From NCBI GenBank assembly GCA_964106915.2, contig OZ066924.1: 64,000 bases of DNA. One strand, 5' to 3'. The notes beneath the pieces were generated by a model. The model was given only the letters and a program-made list of their open reading frames with translations. It was not told where the DNA came from and ran no database searches. Position numbers and translations under genes: made by a program. Origin of the DNA: Podarcis gaigeae (taxonomy: Eukaryota). Shown piece by piece: positions 1 to 13,435 of this stretch; position 1 is the first letter of the stretch, and every line of letters starts with the position of its first letter.

Positions 1-226
1 ATTTTATAAACAATCAACAACTTATCAACATTCATTTCTGTGTTGTACAACCCATGGTTAAAAGTATTTACAGCGTAGCATCTTTGGAGGAGCACATTGA
101 CTACCCTTTTTGCAAAGGACAAAAAGTTGGCTATTAAAATGCCAAGATAATAGGCGTGTTGTCATCTCTGTAACATAGAGATAAATTATTGTGACCGCTG
201 TGCTAGTAAGGTGTGATATTGTTATA

Positions 227-454
227 CAGTGGTATACCGTGGTTTTTGAACAGAATGCGTTCTGGGAGTCTGTTCGATTCCCAGAACTATTTGAAAACCC
301 AAGTGCGGCTTCCGATTGGCTGCAAGAGCATCCTGCTGCCAATTGGAAGCTGTGCTGGATGTTTGGCTTCTGAAAATCGTTAGAAAACCGGAACACTCAC
401 TTCCGGGTTTTGATAGTTTGGGAGCCATTTTGTTTGGCTTCCAAGGTACGACTG
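227..454. mobile_element. Tc1/mariner (Tigger/pogo-like) MITE
   Basis: TA|CAGTGGTA...GGTACGACTG|TA termini; same family as 25742 and 42199. Confidence 0.7.
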
Positions 455-548
455 TAAAATGTTTAACGGTATTAGTACACTTTTGAGAGCAACTTGTCAT
501 TAGTGGCAATTTAAATAAAAAAGCTGTCTTCTCTCACATACCTTACAG

Positions 549-684
549 CAGGCATAGGCAGACTTGGCCCTCCAGATGTTTTGGGACTACAACTCCCATC
601 ATCCCTGACCACTGGTCCTATTAGCTAGGGATGATGGGAGTTGTAGTCCCAAAACATCTGGAGGGCCAGGTTTCCCTATTCCTG
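549..684. mobile_element. Palindromic hAT-type MITE (about 136 bp)
   Basis: CAGG...CCTG ends with long inverted arms (ggccctccagatgttttgggactacaactcccatcatccct); TSD degraded. Confidence 0.85.
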
Positions 685-899
685 CTCTAAACCCCCTTAT
701 AGATCTCCACTGGGTCAAAAGGTGTGGTGAGAACATTGTATCAATTTTTGGGTTGGTTTTCTTTTTTTTTTTTAAAGCTGCAACCGTTTCTTTTTCATGT
801 CCCCCTTTCACAGCTCCTAGGAAGCATCTGGTGGGTGCTCTTTTTCAGAGGGAAAGAATTCAGGTTGTGTGTTTATAATCTAGATAAATTCTCTTCCAG

Positions 900-1088
900 G
901 TGCTGAAGGAGGATTTTGAGGACGATGCTCACTTTTTCCGGAAAGCAGCAAACGACATCACTTCTCAGCTGGACATTAATTTTGGGAACCTGCCTCGTCC
1001 GGGGCGTGGAGCTAGAGGAGCCCGGGGAGGTCGCGGGCGTGTCCGGAGAGTTGAGGACTCAGGAGGAGGACACCGGCCGGAAGTGATG
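900..1088 (+). CDS. HABP4: HABP4 (Ki-1/57, SERBP1 family) penultimate coding exon with RGG box
   Basis: Acceptor ttccAG at 898-899 and donor GTaatt at 1089; 189 nt, phase 0/0. Encodes [50 protein letters not shown]..., matching recalled HABP4 [33 protein letters not shown]4-CDC14B adjacency matches known vertebrate synteny. Confidence 0.95.
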
Positions 1089-1162
1089 GTAATTATTAGT
1101 GTGTTGTGTTAAGCCCTCCTTCCCAGATCTAGGAAGTGCAGACTGATCACTACAGTTTAGAC

Positions 1163-1441
1163 CAGGGGTTGGCAAGGTTTACCTCACTTGGGCCGGTTCA
1201 CTCCAGCAGAGATCTCTCTGTGGGCCAGATTACGTGTGTGCCCACGATTTCTGACATCTCTGTTTGCGCAGATGTGATTTCTGGCACCGCGGAAGCGAGT
1301 CCCTGCACTGCGCTGTGCTGGTTTAGTATAGCACGCGGGGACTCGTCGAGTGGGTGACTCGGTTTGGGGTCGACTCGTGGGCCGGTTAAACGACCCCTGT
1401 GGGCTGCTTGTGCCCCATTGGCCTTAGGTTGCTGACCCCTG
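1163..1441. mobile_element. Non-autonomous hAT element
   Basis: CAGGGG...CCCCTG terminal inverted repeats (TIRs); perfect 8-bp TSD gtttagac. Confidence 0.9.
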
Positions 1442-1614
1442 GTTTAGACAGATCACTTGAACTCAATTATGTAGATTTGTCAAATTCTCAGGAACTTTTT
1501 TTTTTAAACGCATCGGGAATAAAATGGGTTAGGAATTAATCTGAGTTCTCTAGTAGTTTGGAGAAAATAGAGCACTTGAGACCTGTCTCTAGACTCAAGA
1601 GGCAAGGAAATCTA

Positions 1615-1873
1615 CCGTATTTTTAGCTCTATAAGACGCACCAGACCACAAGACGCACCTAGTTTTTGGAGGAGGAAAACAAGAAAAAAATATATTCTGA
1701 ATCTCAGAAGCCAGAACAGCAAGAGGGATCGCTGCGCAGCGAAAGCAGCAATCCCTCTTGCTGTTCTGGCTTCTGGGATAGCTGCGCAGCCTGCATTCGC
1801 TCCATAAGATGCACACACATTTCCTCTTACTTTTTAGGAGGGAAAAGTGAGTCTTACAGAGCAAAAAATACGG
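1615..1873. mobile_element. Tc1/mariner-type MITE (CCGTATTTTT TIR family) with internal hairpin
   Basis: TA|CCGTATTTTT...AAAAATACGG|TA; internal inverted repeat cagaagccagaacagcaagagggat. Confidence 0.85.
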
Positions 1874-2362
1874 TAAATTTATGAGCCCACTGCTGCTTCA
1901 GGACCACGACCACCGGATGGGCTCACCTGTGTGGGTGGAAATTAGTGGGTGTGGGTGCCATTACAAAAGTTTGGTCATAGATCTCCCCCCCCCCCACTTT
2001 TATTCTCATAGCTGTTGAGGTAGGCCAAGAGTGATTGACCTAAGGATGCCCAGTTGAACTTCTTGTGCTTGAATTGTGGTCACTTTTAATTCTAATTCAA
2101 ATTGAAATGCTGTAGTTGTGAATTTTCAGACTCTTCAGAATTTAAGAACTTGGGCTTTTACCCTAATGTACACAGACACTGTCCATCCATTGTTTAATAG
2201 AGGCTTACAGTAAATAATACTTGGGTTTGAAGGTTGCGGTGCCAAAATAGAAACTGAGATGAACAAGAGTCAAATTTTATGGGCATCTCAGGGTCTAGAT
2301 AACACCGCCAGTTCTTATCTAACTAGCAGAAAGGTTTTGAGATGTGCTCTTCTTCCTTTTAG

Positions 2363-2419
2363 ATGCACGTCACCGCTCCAAACCCCGATGACCCCGAGGA
2401 TTTCCCTGCTTTAGCTTGA
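2363..2419 (+). CDS. HABP4: HABP4 terminal coding exon (MHVTAPNPDDPEDFPALA*)
   Basis: Polypyrimidine tract plus AG at 2361-2362; in frame with the previous exon. APNPDDPEDFPAL is the conserved HABP4/SERBP1 C-terminus; TGA at 2417-2419. Confidence 0.95.
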   Translation: MHVTAPNPDDPEDFPALA

Positions 2420-3915
2420 AAGAACTGAATAATGTCGCCTCAAAAGTAGCTGTGACGATAACAGCTCTATGTTGCTGTGGAAGAATATCATCCAAGCCTA
2501 CAGAGAGAGATGACTTATGTGTGTGAATTTTGCACTTCTATTGTGTTAAGCGCCTAGACCTATCCTGTGGGCTAGGAGGCAAGGTTGAGCACCACTGTTT
2601 GGGAATTAGCTTTGTGAAGGCTTATGGTATCGTACGTGAGGGCTTTCAAATAAAGGTTCAAGGTGATGGTGTCAAAACAAGTACAGAGGGGTGTCTCTTT
2701 GTCCACGGTGTCACAGATGTAAGCTAAACCAGATTGGGTGGTTTTGGGTTGTTGTTTTTGAAAAGAGAGGATTGTTTTGAAACTTGATGGCAAAACCCCA
2801 TAGGCACTTGGCAGCTGTTTTTCTGACCTGAGTGAAATGTACCTTCGCCTATGCAAAGCAATTGCACAATTTTGAGAGGTTAGCAAATAAACAAAAGCCT
2901 GCTTATTGGTTGGGGTGTGAGGTGGTATTTTCACAGTGATAACTCTTCTTACTCCGTAATGCTCAAAAACTGCAAGGTGTAGTGTTTACGGTTTCATTTC
3001 CAGTTTGGAGAGTGGGTTTCTTGGGAGTGAATATGACCAGAGAAATAACTGGGAAGCCCTGTGGGTGGGCTGGATCCCTGCAGACTGCTGGTGAGGTCCT
3101 GCAATGCGGGAATGTCCCCTCCCATCAATAAACATTCATACATAAACTTAACTAAATAAGTGAGTCCAGGTTAGAACTCTTGTTCTCTGTGGAGAGTATT
3201 CTTTTGGGGTATGGCAGTGTGTTCCTTCCTGTGAAACCATACTTGAAGTATCTGGCCTTAGACAACTTTATACCACTTCAGTGAGGCTACTGACATATGG
3301 AAGTTTTATACAGGATTAATCAATCCATCACTACTCGTTGGCATTTCATCTACAATTGTAACAGCCTCCATGTGCTTTGTTGACCCTTCTGAAATTATGT
3401 TGTGTTCATCCAGTTTGGGACTAGGCTTGAAGGCATTGCAACTTCCTTGCCTAATTAATGAAAAAAATGGTTTTTAAAAGCCCGTCTTATTTTGCAGGAG
3501 TTGCACTAATCACTGTAGATAATTTAGGTGTTGTACTTGGGCAGTCGCTTTGAAATACAGAATCCCTCAAGTAGCCCCAGGTAAAAGGGTTATTCTGTAA
3601 TGCATGTGAATTTAATTATGGCTCCCTTGCAGCTAAGGCATGGATACAAATTCCTCCAGAGAGAGACAGTCTACCAAGAAATTGTTTTCCCTTGAATGGA
3701 AAGGACCAGTGCCTTTTTATACCAACATTACACATTGCAGAGCCTGATATAAGCAATATATTTTATTTGTATACAGTTCTCTTATATGTCAGTATTTATA
3801 TAATCAAATTACACTGGTTTAATAAGAAACACACACTATCAGATCAAATTTCCAAGATAGTATTAATTTACCCTTAAAATACCTTTAGCAAAATAAACTT
3901 CCTTTCTTGATTTCT
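2420..3915 (+). other. HABP4: HABP4 3' UTR (end uncertain), candidate AATAAA signals at 2649, 2886, 3127 and 3892
   Basis: TE-poor AT-rich sequence after the stop codon containing several AATAAA hexamers; which one is used cannot be determined from sequence. Confidence 0.5.
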
Positions 3916-5814
3916 TTAAAAAATATTATCATTTTTTGTTTTAAAAAAAGATGAGCAGTATTGATTACACCACATATTTGGAACAAATGATCTGTACAAG
4001 AGTTTCCAAGGCAATACATTATAAAAACTGTAGGGCAACATATAGGGGAAATATAAGTGGCAACTTGGGTGGGTTGGGGAAGGCTATGTTTTTGTCCAGT
4101 TTTGAAACAGCACAGCTGTTGTCATAGCAGGTGGATGTTTGAGAATGACCTTGCCCTAAGTTGGCAAGTTTGAAAATTGTGCCGCAGTTGCGATAAACCG
4201 GTACTGATTTGGAATAATTTCAGGGGGTGGGGTTGGTGTGTACATAGAAGGCAAAACCAGTAGCTGAAATGGCATTCATTTAGTAGCTCTATAAAAGCCC
4301 AAGCAAATGATGCAGAAGAATTGTGAACCCTCTTTGGTTTACAAGCCTGGAAAATGCAACAAGCCCCACTTTAGGCATGAGAAAGGGCTTAGAAACACAA
4401 GAATATATTTTCCTGCTGACTTACCAGACTGTGTCCCTCAAAGATGGTTTGAGATGCGTAAGACCTGGAACTAGAGTTCTGCAAAAACTACCAAACTTAA
4501 CATGAAGTAAGAGGTGCCTTAAACTGGAGCAGTGGTTTTCAAGTGGCAGTTGTTGCAATGGCACTCCCATCATTTATATTTGCGTTATTAAGGAACAGGA
4601 GAATTGCGTGTGTGAGAAGTGTGTATAGTAAAATGTTCAGGGTTTAAGAGAAGTCATCTCTCCAAAGTTGGGTGGCTAATAGCAAATGTGATTCTGTACA
4701 CATATGGCAGTAAATACCGCTGAAAACAGTGAGGCTTCTAAGGATTGGGCTGTTAATGATTGAGCTTCTCCCTGCAACTTAAAGGTCTTCTAATCTTTAT
4801 AGGCCAACATTTAAGGTTTTGAGTGTGGGGAGTGGAAGTGTGGCTGAACAAAATTTGGAGAGAAGCCAGCTAGTAAAACAGTAAGTTGTGTGGACTAACA
4901 ACAGTTGTGGACTGTTAAGTAATCTTTCCTTCTATCAAGCCTAATTTAGTTAAGTGAAGGCTCAAGCAATTCTGTCTTGGGTGTCAACCTCCCAGGATCG
5001 GTCTGTCATATCCCATGGGACATCCTAAGCATTTCCTCTCAAAGGCTGACATGGACTCGGGTCTACCCTACACTGCAAGAAGCTACCAAATAGCACTTAT
5101 GTTCAGGCCTCGGATAACTGAAATATTGTTGCTTGCTTGTTTTTAGTAGTATTTAGTAGTAGTTGTATTTTCTGCATTGGCTATCCCGTAAATTAGTGCA
5201 ATATTTTCAAAGACCACAGGAGGAACTCTTCTAAGGTTATGTTGTAGAGAGGAATTACAGTCCCAAACTTCAAGGAAATATTTAAATCACTGAAGGAGAA
5301 ACCCCACTAAGTAAAATGGGGGCGGGGGCATTGATGATCTCTTTTGAAGATGAATATCATCCCTATGCCTTGCGCAGTCCTGCAAGATCTGAATTTGCCC
5401 AAAACAGATTAGTAGACAATCGTTTCTTTCCCTCCAGCAACTCAGAATTGACAAGCCAAGGCTATATATCTAGTAGGCTGAGATCTTGGCTAATCTTCAT
5501 CCCCTGCCTAATGGGATTCAGTAGGCTTACATTTTGGAACTCAAAGGTAATTAACATAGAATCATAAAGTTGGAAGGGATCCCAAGGGTCATCTAGTCCA
5601 TGTACTGAGCATAACACTCTGGTAGCAACACCCATTGTAAGGAAAGGCCAGAGTTGCTGTTCTAAAAGCAAATTATATTCCCATGAAGCAACTGGGTTTA
5701 GTTTTTTTATATAAAGTAAGTTATGGTTCCATATAAACTACCTTCTCGCATCCTAAAATTCAGGCCCCCATGTATGTATATACAGATCTTGAGTATCAAT
5801 CCATTTGACACGAT

Positions 5815-6138
5815 CAGGGGTTGGCAAACCTTTTCAGCAGGGGGCTGGTCCACTGTCCCTCAGACCTTGTGTGGAGCTGGACTCTATTTTTTTTGGTGGG
5901 GGAATGAACAAATTCCTCTGCCCCACAAATAACCCAGAGATGCATTTTAAATAAAAGCACGCATTCTACTTATGTAAAAACACCAGGCAGGTCCCACAAA
6001 CAACCCAGAGATGCATTTTAAATAAAAGGATACATTCTACTCATGTAAAAACACACAGATTCCAAGACCGTCCGCAGGCTGGATTGAGAAGGCGATTGGG
6101 CCGCATCCGGCCCCTGGACCTTAGTTTGCCTACCCATG
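5815..6138. mobile_element. Non-autonomous hAT element (family shared with 60699 and 63629)
   Basis: CAGGGGTTGGCAAAC...GTTTGCCTACCCATG termini; internal direct repeat aacccagagatgcattttaaataaaag. Confidence 0.85.
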
Positions 6139-7399
6139 TTCAAGATTAACGTGGCACATTTTCTCATTATTTTTAACAGGCTGTATCTATTTGGATCCTC
6201 TTATTTGCCTAGCTCTACTGGACAAGATAAATACCCAATATGAAATGAGTAGCAGCAGGAGACTAGATCCGCTGGGCAGAAGGTGGTTTGGTTTCATGAC
6301 CAAATAGTTGGGGATGATGAGAGTTGTAACCCAAGCACTGGAGGGCGACAGAGACATTACAAAGTCCTTACTCATAAATCACTTTTACAGAGTAAGGGGT
6401 GGGGACTGTGGCTCACTTTTTGGTGATTCTAGTATTTGGTACCATGTGCACAGGCTGTGAAACCAAATACTGGCTCTATCAGTCCAGCATGATGTAGAAA
6501 CATCACATTCTTTCAAATATATTCCACGCATAAAGTCTGCAGATTCTTAAATGAAAGCCGCTACGCCATGGAGAAATTTTGGGGTAACGTGAAGCAACAC
6601 AGTGATTTAAAGTAAAATGCTGGAAGTTACAGGCCATGAATAAGGGAACCAATTTTACCGAATGTGTCCGTTGTGGCAGTGAGAATTCAATCATAACATA
6701 TTCATGAAACTATAGTTGCATTTCTTGGCAACTGTTAGCAGCAACTTCTTCATTGAAACTATGATGGTTAGCAGCTTGCTCAATTTCAAGTGGCTAGCAG
6801 TCTCTTAGTTTTAGGTTTCTTTTGCTAGCCCCACAGGGGAAGATACCGCCCTCCCCAGCCAAATCCTAAGGCACAAAGCCAACGCCCTACTTAAAAAGTA
6901 GTAGCAACTGCCCTCGAGTAGATAGGTGTTCTTGTGCCACTTTCTGGCTCCCACAGCAATTTTTCCCTAGGCAGGAAAGAGCTGAGTGGAAGAAAGACAG
7001 CATTCCTGGAGCAGGATTGTACCGCACCTCCTGTCCCTTTAAGATCTAACAATGTGGCCAATGCAGCTGTCAAAGTGCTATGTCCAATAACAAAGGGCAG
7101 AAAGAAGCATCATGGTGCTTTGGCCCTATTCTTCCAACTTTTTAAAGCCACAAATGAAAATTATGATAGTTTAGGATGCTCCAGGTACACTTGCCTCCAG
7201 GGCTGCTACTACTGCTTCTCCATTAAAAAGGTAATTTAAAGCTGCAGTGTGTCAGACAAAGAGGCTATTGCAACTCCAGTCAGAGATCAGTGCTAGAGCC
7301 CATGCAATTCTATTCAGAAGGTCCAGGTTCAATCTCTGGCTTCCCCAGGTAGGGCTGGCGTATAGATTCCTGTCTGAACCCCTAGGTAATGCTGTAGTT

Positions 7400-7536
7400 C
7401 AGGCATGGCCAAACTTGGCCCTCCAGCTGTTTTGGGACTACAACTCCCATCATCCCTAGCTAGCGGGACCAGTGGTCAGGGATGATGGGAATTGTAGTCC
7501 CAAAACAGCTGGGGGGCCAGGTTTGGCCTATGCCTG
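7400..7536. mobile_element. Palindromic hAT-type MITE inside the putative CDC14B 3' UTR
   Basis: Same family as 549-684; TSD ctgtagtt/ctgtaggc (6/8). Confidence 0.85.
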
Positions 7537-8430
7537 CTGTAGGCTGTAGGACATATTGGTGCCCACAGCAGCTCTAAAGGCTTGAAGAGAGACTTCCCTA
7601 GCATTGCTTTTATAGACATGAGATGGTGTGTGTAAATATCTGCAAAAAAACAAGTTACTAGGAAGCTCACCTTGCCTCCTGCATTTTGGGCAAAACCAGT
7701 AGTGTTAGGGTAGTTTTTCTCTACTTGCACAGGAGAACAACTTTCCAAAGTGGCCCTAAAGTATGGCACATACAATCTTTACATTTAAATTAGAAGCAGT
7801 AAGTAACTCAACAGACAGTGGTGTAACTTGGAAGAGAAAAAAATAGAAACCCCAGAAAACAAAAACATGAAAATAAATCACAATTTGATGGACGCTAGTT
7901 TAGTACTATGTTACCGCTTTATAAAAATCCTATTAAAATTAGGATAGTCAAACTTGTATGGAGCTGTTTATGGGTGGGGGTGGGGGGAATGAAATATCAC
8001 TTCTCTCCACCTAGGGAAGAGAAATTACATTGATAACTTACATTTGTCATTCCAAATAGCTAAAATGCCACAGTTGTGGTGGTGCTTGACAGAAGCTAGA
8101 TGATTGCCATCACATTTTATATATGAGTGCTGTAAAGAAAAGAAAGCTCTTTTGATAACAAGAGTTACTCAGACTGAAGGCTAAAATTTACACGCTGCTT
8201 TTTATATTTGGGAATAATTTCCTAGCATTAAAAGTAAAAATGGTACAGTTTACAGTAATTTAGGGTCCTCACACAAAAGTTCTCTTCACAAAACTAAAAC
8301 GTCTTCCAACTAAATATAAAAAATAGACCACCGCTTTTTTATATATATATACAAAAAAGTTTCTTCCAATTGTTTTAATTGCAGCAATGTCCTTTGGTTT
8401 CCCTTGCATCCTCTTCCACTCGGATTGCTT

Positions 8431-8470
8431 TTAACGCAACACAGTTCTGGTTCTTGGGTTGGGAGCACTG
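8431..8470 (-). CDS. CDC14B: CDC14B terminal exon 14 (S/SAPNPRTRTVLR*)
   Basis: Acceptor tttCAGCAG (tandem; exon starts at 8470 or 8467), phase 2. Ends RTRTVLR-TAA, matching recalled human ...SRTKTVLR. Confidence 0.9.
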
Positions 8471-10886
8471 CTGAAATGATAAAAATGAGGCGTGCAAGAT
8501 GTCAGATACACATGGCAAAACACAAACCAGTAATTTGAGCATCGCTAGCCAATATAAAACTAAGAAAGCAAACAATATAGGGGCTCGGGGAGGGAAAGAA
8601 CCACTCACAGACGGCATTTTTGAAAGCGATGCAACATCTGTAGTAAACGGAAGCACAGGCCAAGGAACTCAGATTACAAACAGTGAAGCAGGGAAGGGGG
8701 GCAGGGAGAGTTCAGGTCTATAAAGGGATAGCAGTGGAACAAAGTACCATAAGCGCATTTGTTGTAAAGCATCCCTTTTCCTCCTTTCCCTCTGAGGCAC
8801 CAGACTGTAGGAAAAGTAGAGAAAGAAAAGGTAAAGGGAAAACAGTTCTTTCAAGACCAGCCAGAGTTTAATGCATGAAGTACGGTCGTTTTATTCAGCT
8901 TTCAGTTTGAACAAGGAAGACCAAATGCAACTAATGATATTATTAAAAGCAGATGGAGATCTTTTAAAACAAAGTGTGTGTGTCCCACCCCCTGCCCCCC
9001 CCCCGGGCAGTTTTTCATGGTTAAATAGTTAAACTATCCCTGAAAGAAACTAAAAGTATTTCTTACTATTTAATTAATAGTGTAGGACTTACGGCGTATT
9101 TGATCCTATTCTTCAAGCGCCTTTTAAAATCCATTCTCTCTCCACTCATCGTGTCAACACAACATCTTGCTCCCTAAACTGCTATCTGTAGCAACATGGG
9201 ACGACTCTTTCATTTGTAGCAAAGGTTTCCAGACATTTTCAAGAGAAAGAGGGGAGGGAGTTACTTAAGCACTCTTGAAAACTAAGTAGGAGCTTAAGAT
9301 CCGGGGGTTTTTTTCTGAACTGGCTGAGGCAATCAGATGCAGCCGCTCCGTATAAGCGCTTGTGAACAACCCTGATATAGAAGCAGTTCTACATATATGT
9401 AATGTACTTCTCTAACAATGGTTGTTTCCCCTGCAATAGAATTTCTATGCTGTCACAACCCACAAAATGCCTGGTGGTAGCATAGGGTAGGGCATTGAGG
9501 GACCTTACACAGAGCGCCTGCTAAGACTGATAAGCCTACCTTGCAAGATCTGTCACACAGGTGTGTCTTGCGTATGTACAACAGAGCAGTGTCCTTAGAA
9601 GTTCAATCTACTGACCAGACCAAGGACTGTGGCACAATGCACATTATGAGACTGAGGTATGGAAGGAGGCAAGGCAAAGGAAACGTACTAATTATTTCCC
9701 CCAGGGGCATTTGCTTTTCTGTTTATGCGCCACAGCACTGGACCAAGGGATACATAAAACTGCTGTGTGGCCAACATTGCAAGTTGCTTTTGAAAACAAC
9801 TCCCTCCACGCCCCATTTGGGTCACCTGTATGTTTCTAGGGTTTGTTCTGAGTTTTCCAGAATTATAGGAGTCAGTTCCCACAACTCCAGAATTCACTTC
9901 TGGGTGGGGAATACAGTGTGCCAAACCCCCCTCTGTATATAGGACTTAAGAAAACAAGTTATAGAATTACTTGTCTTCACCCTTTACTGAAGGGAGGTGT
10001 GAACACCACTAAGTTGTATACCCTAGTTTAGGATTCCAGAGTATGGGCTGCAGCCAATGCCAGTTCTACTCAGAAAACACCCACAGATATCCCCTCTGCA
10101 AAGAGAAAATAGTCCTTCTGTTCAGGAATTTGGACACCTTGGCAAACTATTGTTGGGGGAAACCTGGAAACGGAAGACAGAGGGCATGATTTTGCAACCC
10201 ATAATCTTCCAAACTGATTTTATTCTTTTTAACACAGTGAAGCATAACAGATTCGTTTTTGTTATCTTCTCTCTTAACATATCATTTCTAAAATTCCACA
10301 AGATGGGATGAGCCACATCACAAGTGCACCTTGGTGTCTTGGCTGGTTCCTGGATTTCCATTCTCTATTAAATGTTTGATATTATTTGACTGAAACAATT
10401 GTCCAACAGGCTGAACAAGGGGAGCGTCCATCACTATTCAAGGTGATGTAGAAAACTGAGGGGGCGAATCATTTTAGGCTTGAGGGCCACATACCCTCGC
10501 AGGCAGCCAGGGGTAATATTCATGCAAGTCTTACCACTGTGCAACAGATTACAGTCCAGCAGCGCAAAAAAGCAGATTTCTACACATACACCTGTCCATT
10601 CACATTTGAGCCTAACAAGAGGCATTATCACAGTTTGAGCACACATTCTTGGCAAAGCACTTAGGAAGAGGGTGACCTATTGGAGGAGGGCAGCTGGAGG
10701 GGGGGGGCATCTTGAGGGCCAAAGAAAGAGGTCCAGAGAGCCACATTTATGCCTAGGCCTGAGGCTCCTCACTCCTGATGTAAACGACTAATTTCTGCTA
10801 CTCAAAACACCAGCGTACAATTCCTCTCTAACCTCGGTTCCACTAAAGTCAAAAGAAATATGGCAACCAAAAAACTACAGGAAACT

Positions 10887-11290
10887 ACTGGGCGATACTG
10901 TATATCGATATATGATCCAAAACTGGTTTGAAGTCCGTATCTTGCTAGCGGTTTCATAATTTTTGACCTGGGAATAGATCGCAAATCACGATGTGTGTGT
11001 GTGTGTTTGGGTGTGTGCTAAGCAAAAATCATAATGTGGGGAAAACCATGAAGTCAGCCAATGCTCTCGATTCCTGCAGCCCGTTAACTCTGCCTGCTCA
11101 GCTTCCTGCAGGAGGCAGCGAATCACAAGAGCAGGTGCCAGCAAAAATTACAATGCGGGAGAAAACATGAAGCCAGCCAATGCCTCTACATGGCTCCATC
11201 TTTATTTCAGATGTTGTGATTTATCAGTATATTGCAATGTTTAGCCGATGATATATCATGATGGTGAAAACCAGATATTGCCTGGCCCTA
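10887..11290. mobile_element. Degraded hAT-like non-autonomous element
   Basis: ctgggcgatac... and ...gatattgcctggcccta inverted ends; internal repeat of aatg(t/c)ggg...catgaag(t/c)cagccaatgc. Confidence 0.5.
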
Positions 11291-13435
11291 CTGTGTACTA
11301 TTTAAATCACAATTATCCAATGCCTAAAATATCCAGTTCATGCAACAATTTAGCCTGTGGGCCCTTAATCTACTGACCCAAGATATCTTCTAAGGAAAGG
11401 GCCCGTTCAGATGAAATACGGCTTGAGCCTTGTGCCTGCATGTTTTGTTCTTGCACCATTTTTTCTCTCCTTGGCACATCACGACTGAAGACTTTCTTGG
11501 TTAACCAAACCTATAAGGCAGAATCCTTGTTGCACAGCAGAAATCTGCTCATGTAAGAGATTTCACCTTCTCTTTTCCCCCTGTAGCCTCCCCATTTTCT
11601 TCAAAGGGTCCTCAGAGAGAAAGGAGAAGGGAAGGGGTGGCATGTTTGTGTATATGGTTTGTGCATATCTTGTCTTAATAAGGCAAGATGTAATATCTGA
11701 ATCTGGTCAAGTAAAAAGTGTGGAGATTGAAGGCAGAGATCTATTAGCGTGCAATAGAACGTTAGGGATATTTGAAGACGAAGAAGTTCAGATAAAGGCA
11801 TACCAAAGAAAATAGTAAGACTGTGCAGAAAGAAGGAGGAAAGATAGCCAGCAGAAAACAGCAGGTTTTGAGAAACTAGTTCATTTTTCATTCTGCTTTA
11901 ACAAGCTGAGTAAATAGTTAGTGGAATGTGAAAGTAGTGGAAATACGAATAATTTTGAAGCAAATATTAAAAATAAAAGCAGGAATTGTTTCTGCTGAAG
12001 CCATTTAGAAAAATAAGTATTGTCCAGATAAAATTTCATTGACATTGTAAGGCTGGGTGGCTGTTACTGCCGTAAGGTGTTTCATTCACTACACAAGAGT
12101 AAGACCATGCGCCTTGATAGCACGAAACAATAGTGCTGCAGCAAGTGGATTCAGGTGAAGGGCTAGTAGGAAACAGAAGAACAGAACAGCTGGAGAAGGG
12201 GAATGAAATGCTGGATAGAGGGGATAAAGCTTCTCAACAAAAGGACTCTGCCCAAATACATCCAAGGAGGAACGTAAATCTTTGCCAAGCCAGGACAACC
12301 CTGCTGCCTTGGAACTAGATCGTGTGGTTGGAGGGGGAGGGGAGCATGGAAACCCAGACTAGCATCTCTACTGCAAGAATACATTTCAAAATGCACCATC
12401 AACAACCCAATTTACACCCCCCAAAAATATACATGCATTTTTTTCAAACTTTGATGTAACACAATTTCTATTTCCTTCTGTTAAACTAATGGCCAGTCTA
12501 ATATAAAGTACTTTGTTATTTAAAAAAACAAACCAATAGTAGCACCTGTATGTTTTTCAAATTGGTGACTGATTAATCATGGGCATCTTTTAGTCATTCA
12601 AAATATATCTTAAATACACCAATTAAGCAACAAAATCTTGCAATCCTGTATGTCCAAGTCTCCCCTCCCCCCATTGTTTTCTATAAACACCATGCCTCTT
12701 GCTCAGTTCTTTAAGGCTTTTGCATCTAAACAGAGGAGGCATTTATGTAATTTTCATATTCTTATATCTAAGAGACTCTCTCACCCAGACAGAAGTCTTT
12801 TAAACTTGTTTTACAAGGGGAGGCTGATGGTATAAAAACATCTTTTACTGATTTACTTCAGCTTACTTTCAACCTTCATACGTGGCTTCTGAGGTTGTCA
12901 CCCATCCAGGCAGTGGCCAGAGTTGGACCTGCTTAGCTTCACAAAGATGGAGACCTCATATGCCTTGATGATACATGTTATTGAAAACATCCACACTTAA
13001 TTCATGTAGTTCTGGCTTAAATGCAGTTTTCCAATACATTAGCAAAGGATCCACTTCTACTTTTAAACTAACTGGCAAGAGCTCTGACTATAGTTTTAAG
13101 TATGCCAGGATCACAAACCACAATTTGACGTGGGCTTATTTGAAAAGGGGACCCCCGCCTCTCAAAAGCTAAACGTAGTTCCTCCCACCCCTCAAATTCA
13201 GAAAGAAGAAACAGGTTAGTTCAAAACTTAAAGAGGATGCTTCTGACCTCATGGCTGTGCTGAAGGAGGGAAGGGGGAATCTGTGAACTCAAAGCTCACT
13301 GCTACTTGGACTAAAACTACGGTTCAGTGTTTGTCTGAAAGCAGCATTTAATTCAAGCAGCAGAAGCCTGAATTTTATTTAAAGTCCAGCCTTAATTAAT
13401 TGACAGTGTCTGCAGGGCAGCCCAGTAGTTCTCAC

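Larger units (their letters stand above)
3745..8430 (-). other. CDC14B: Putative long CDC14B 3' UTR; distal AATAAA on - strand at 3767-3762, proximal ATTAAA at 8378-8373
   Basis: Downstream of TAA (8433-8431). The minus-strand AATAAA is followed by a GU-rich tgtgtaatgttgg; a Pumilio-type TGTATATA and U-rich elements lie near 8310-8355. Confidence 0.45.

Noticed and set aside
9093-9185. Candidate cassette exon on the - strand with a GTAAGT donor
   Set aside because: In the required phase it hits a stop immediately or within about 9 codons; no homology support.
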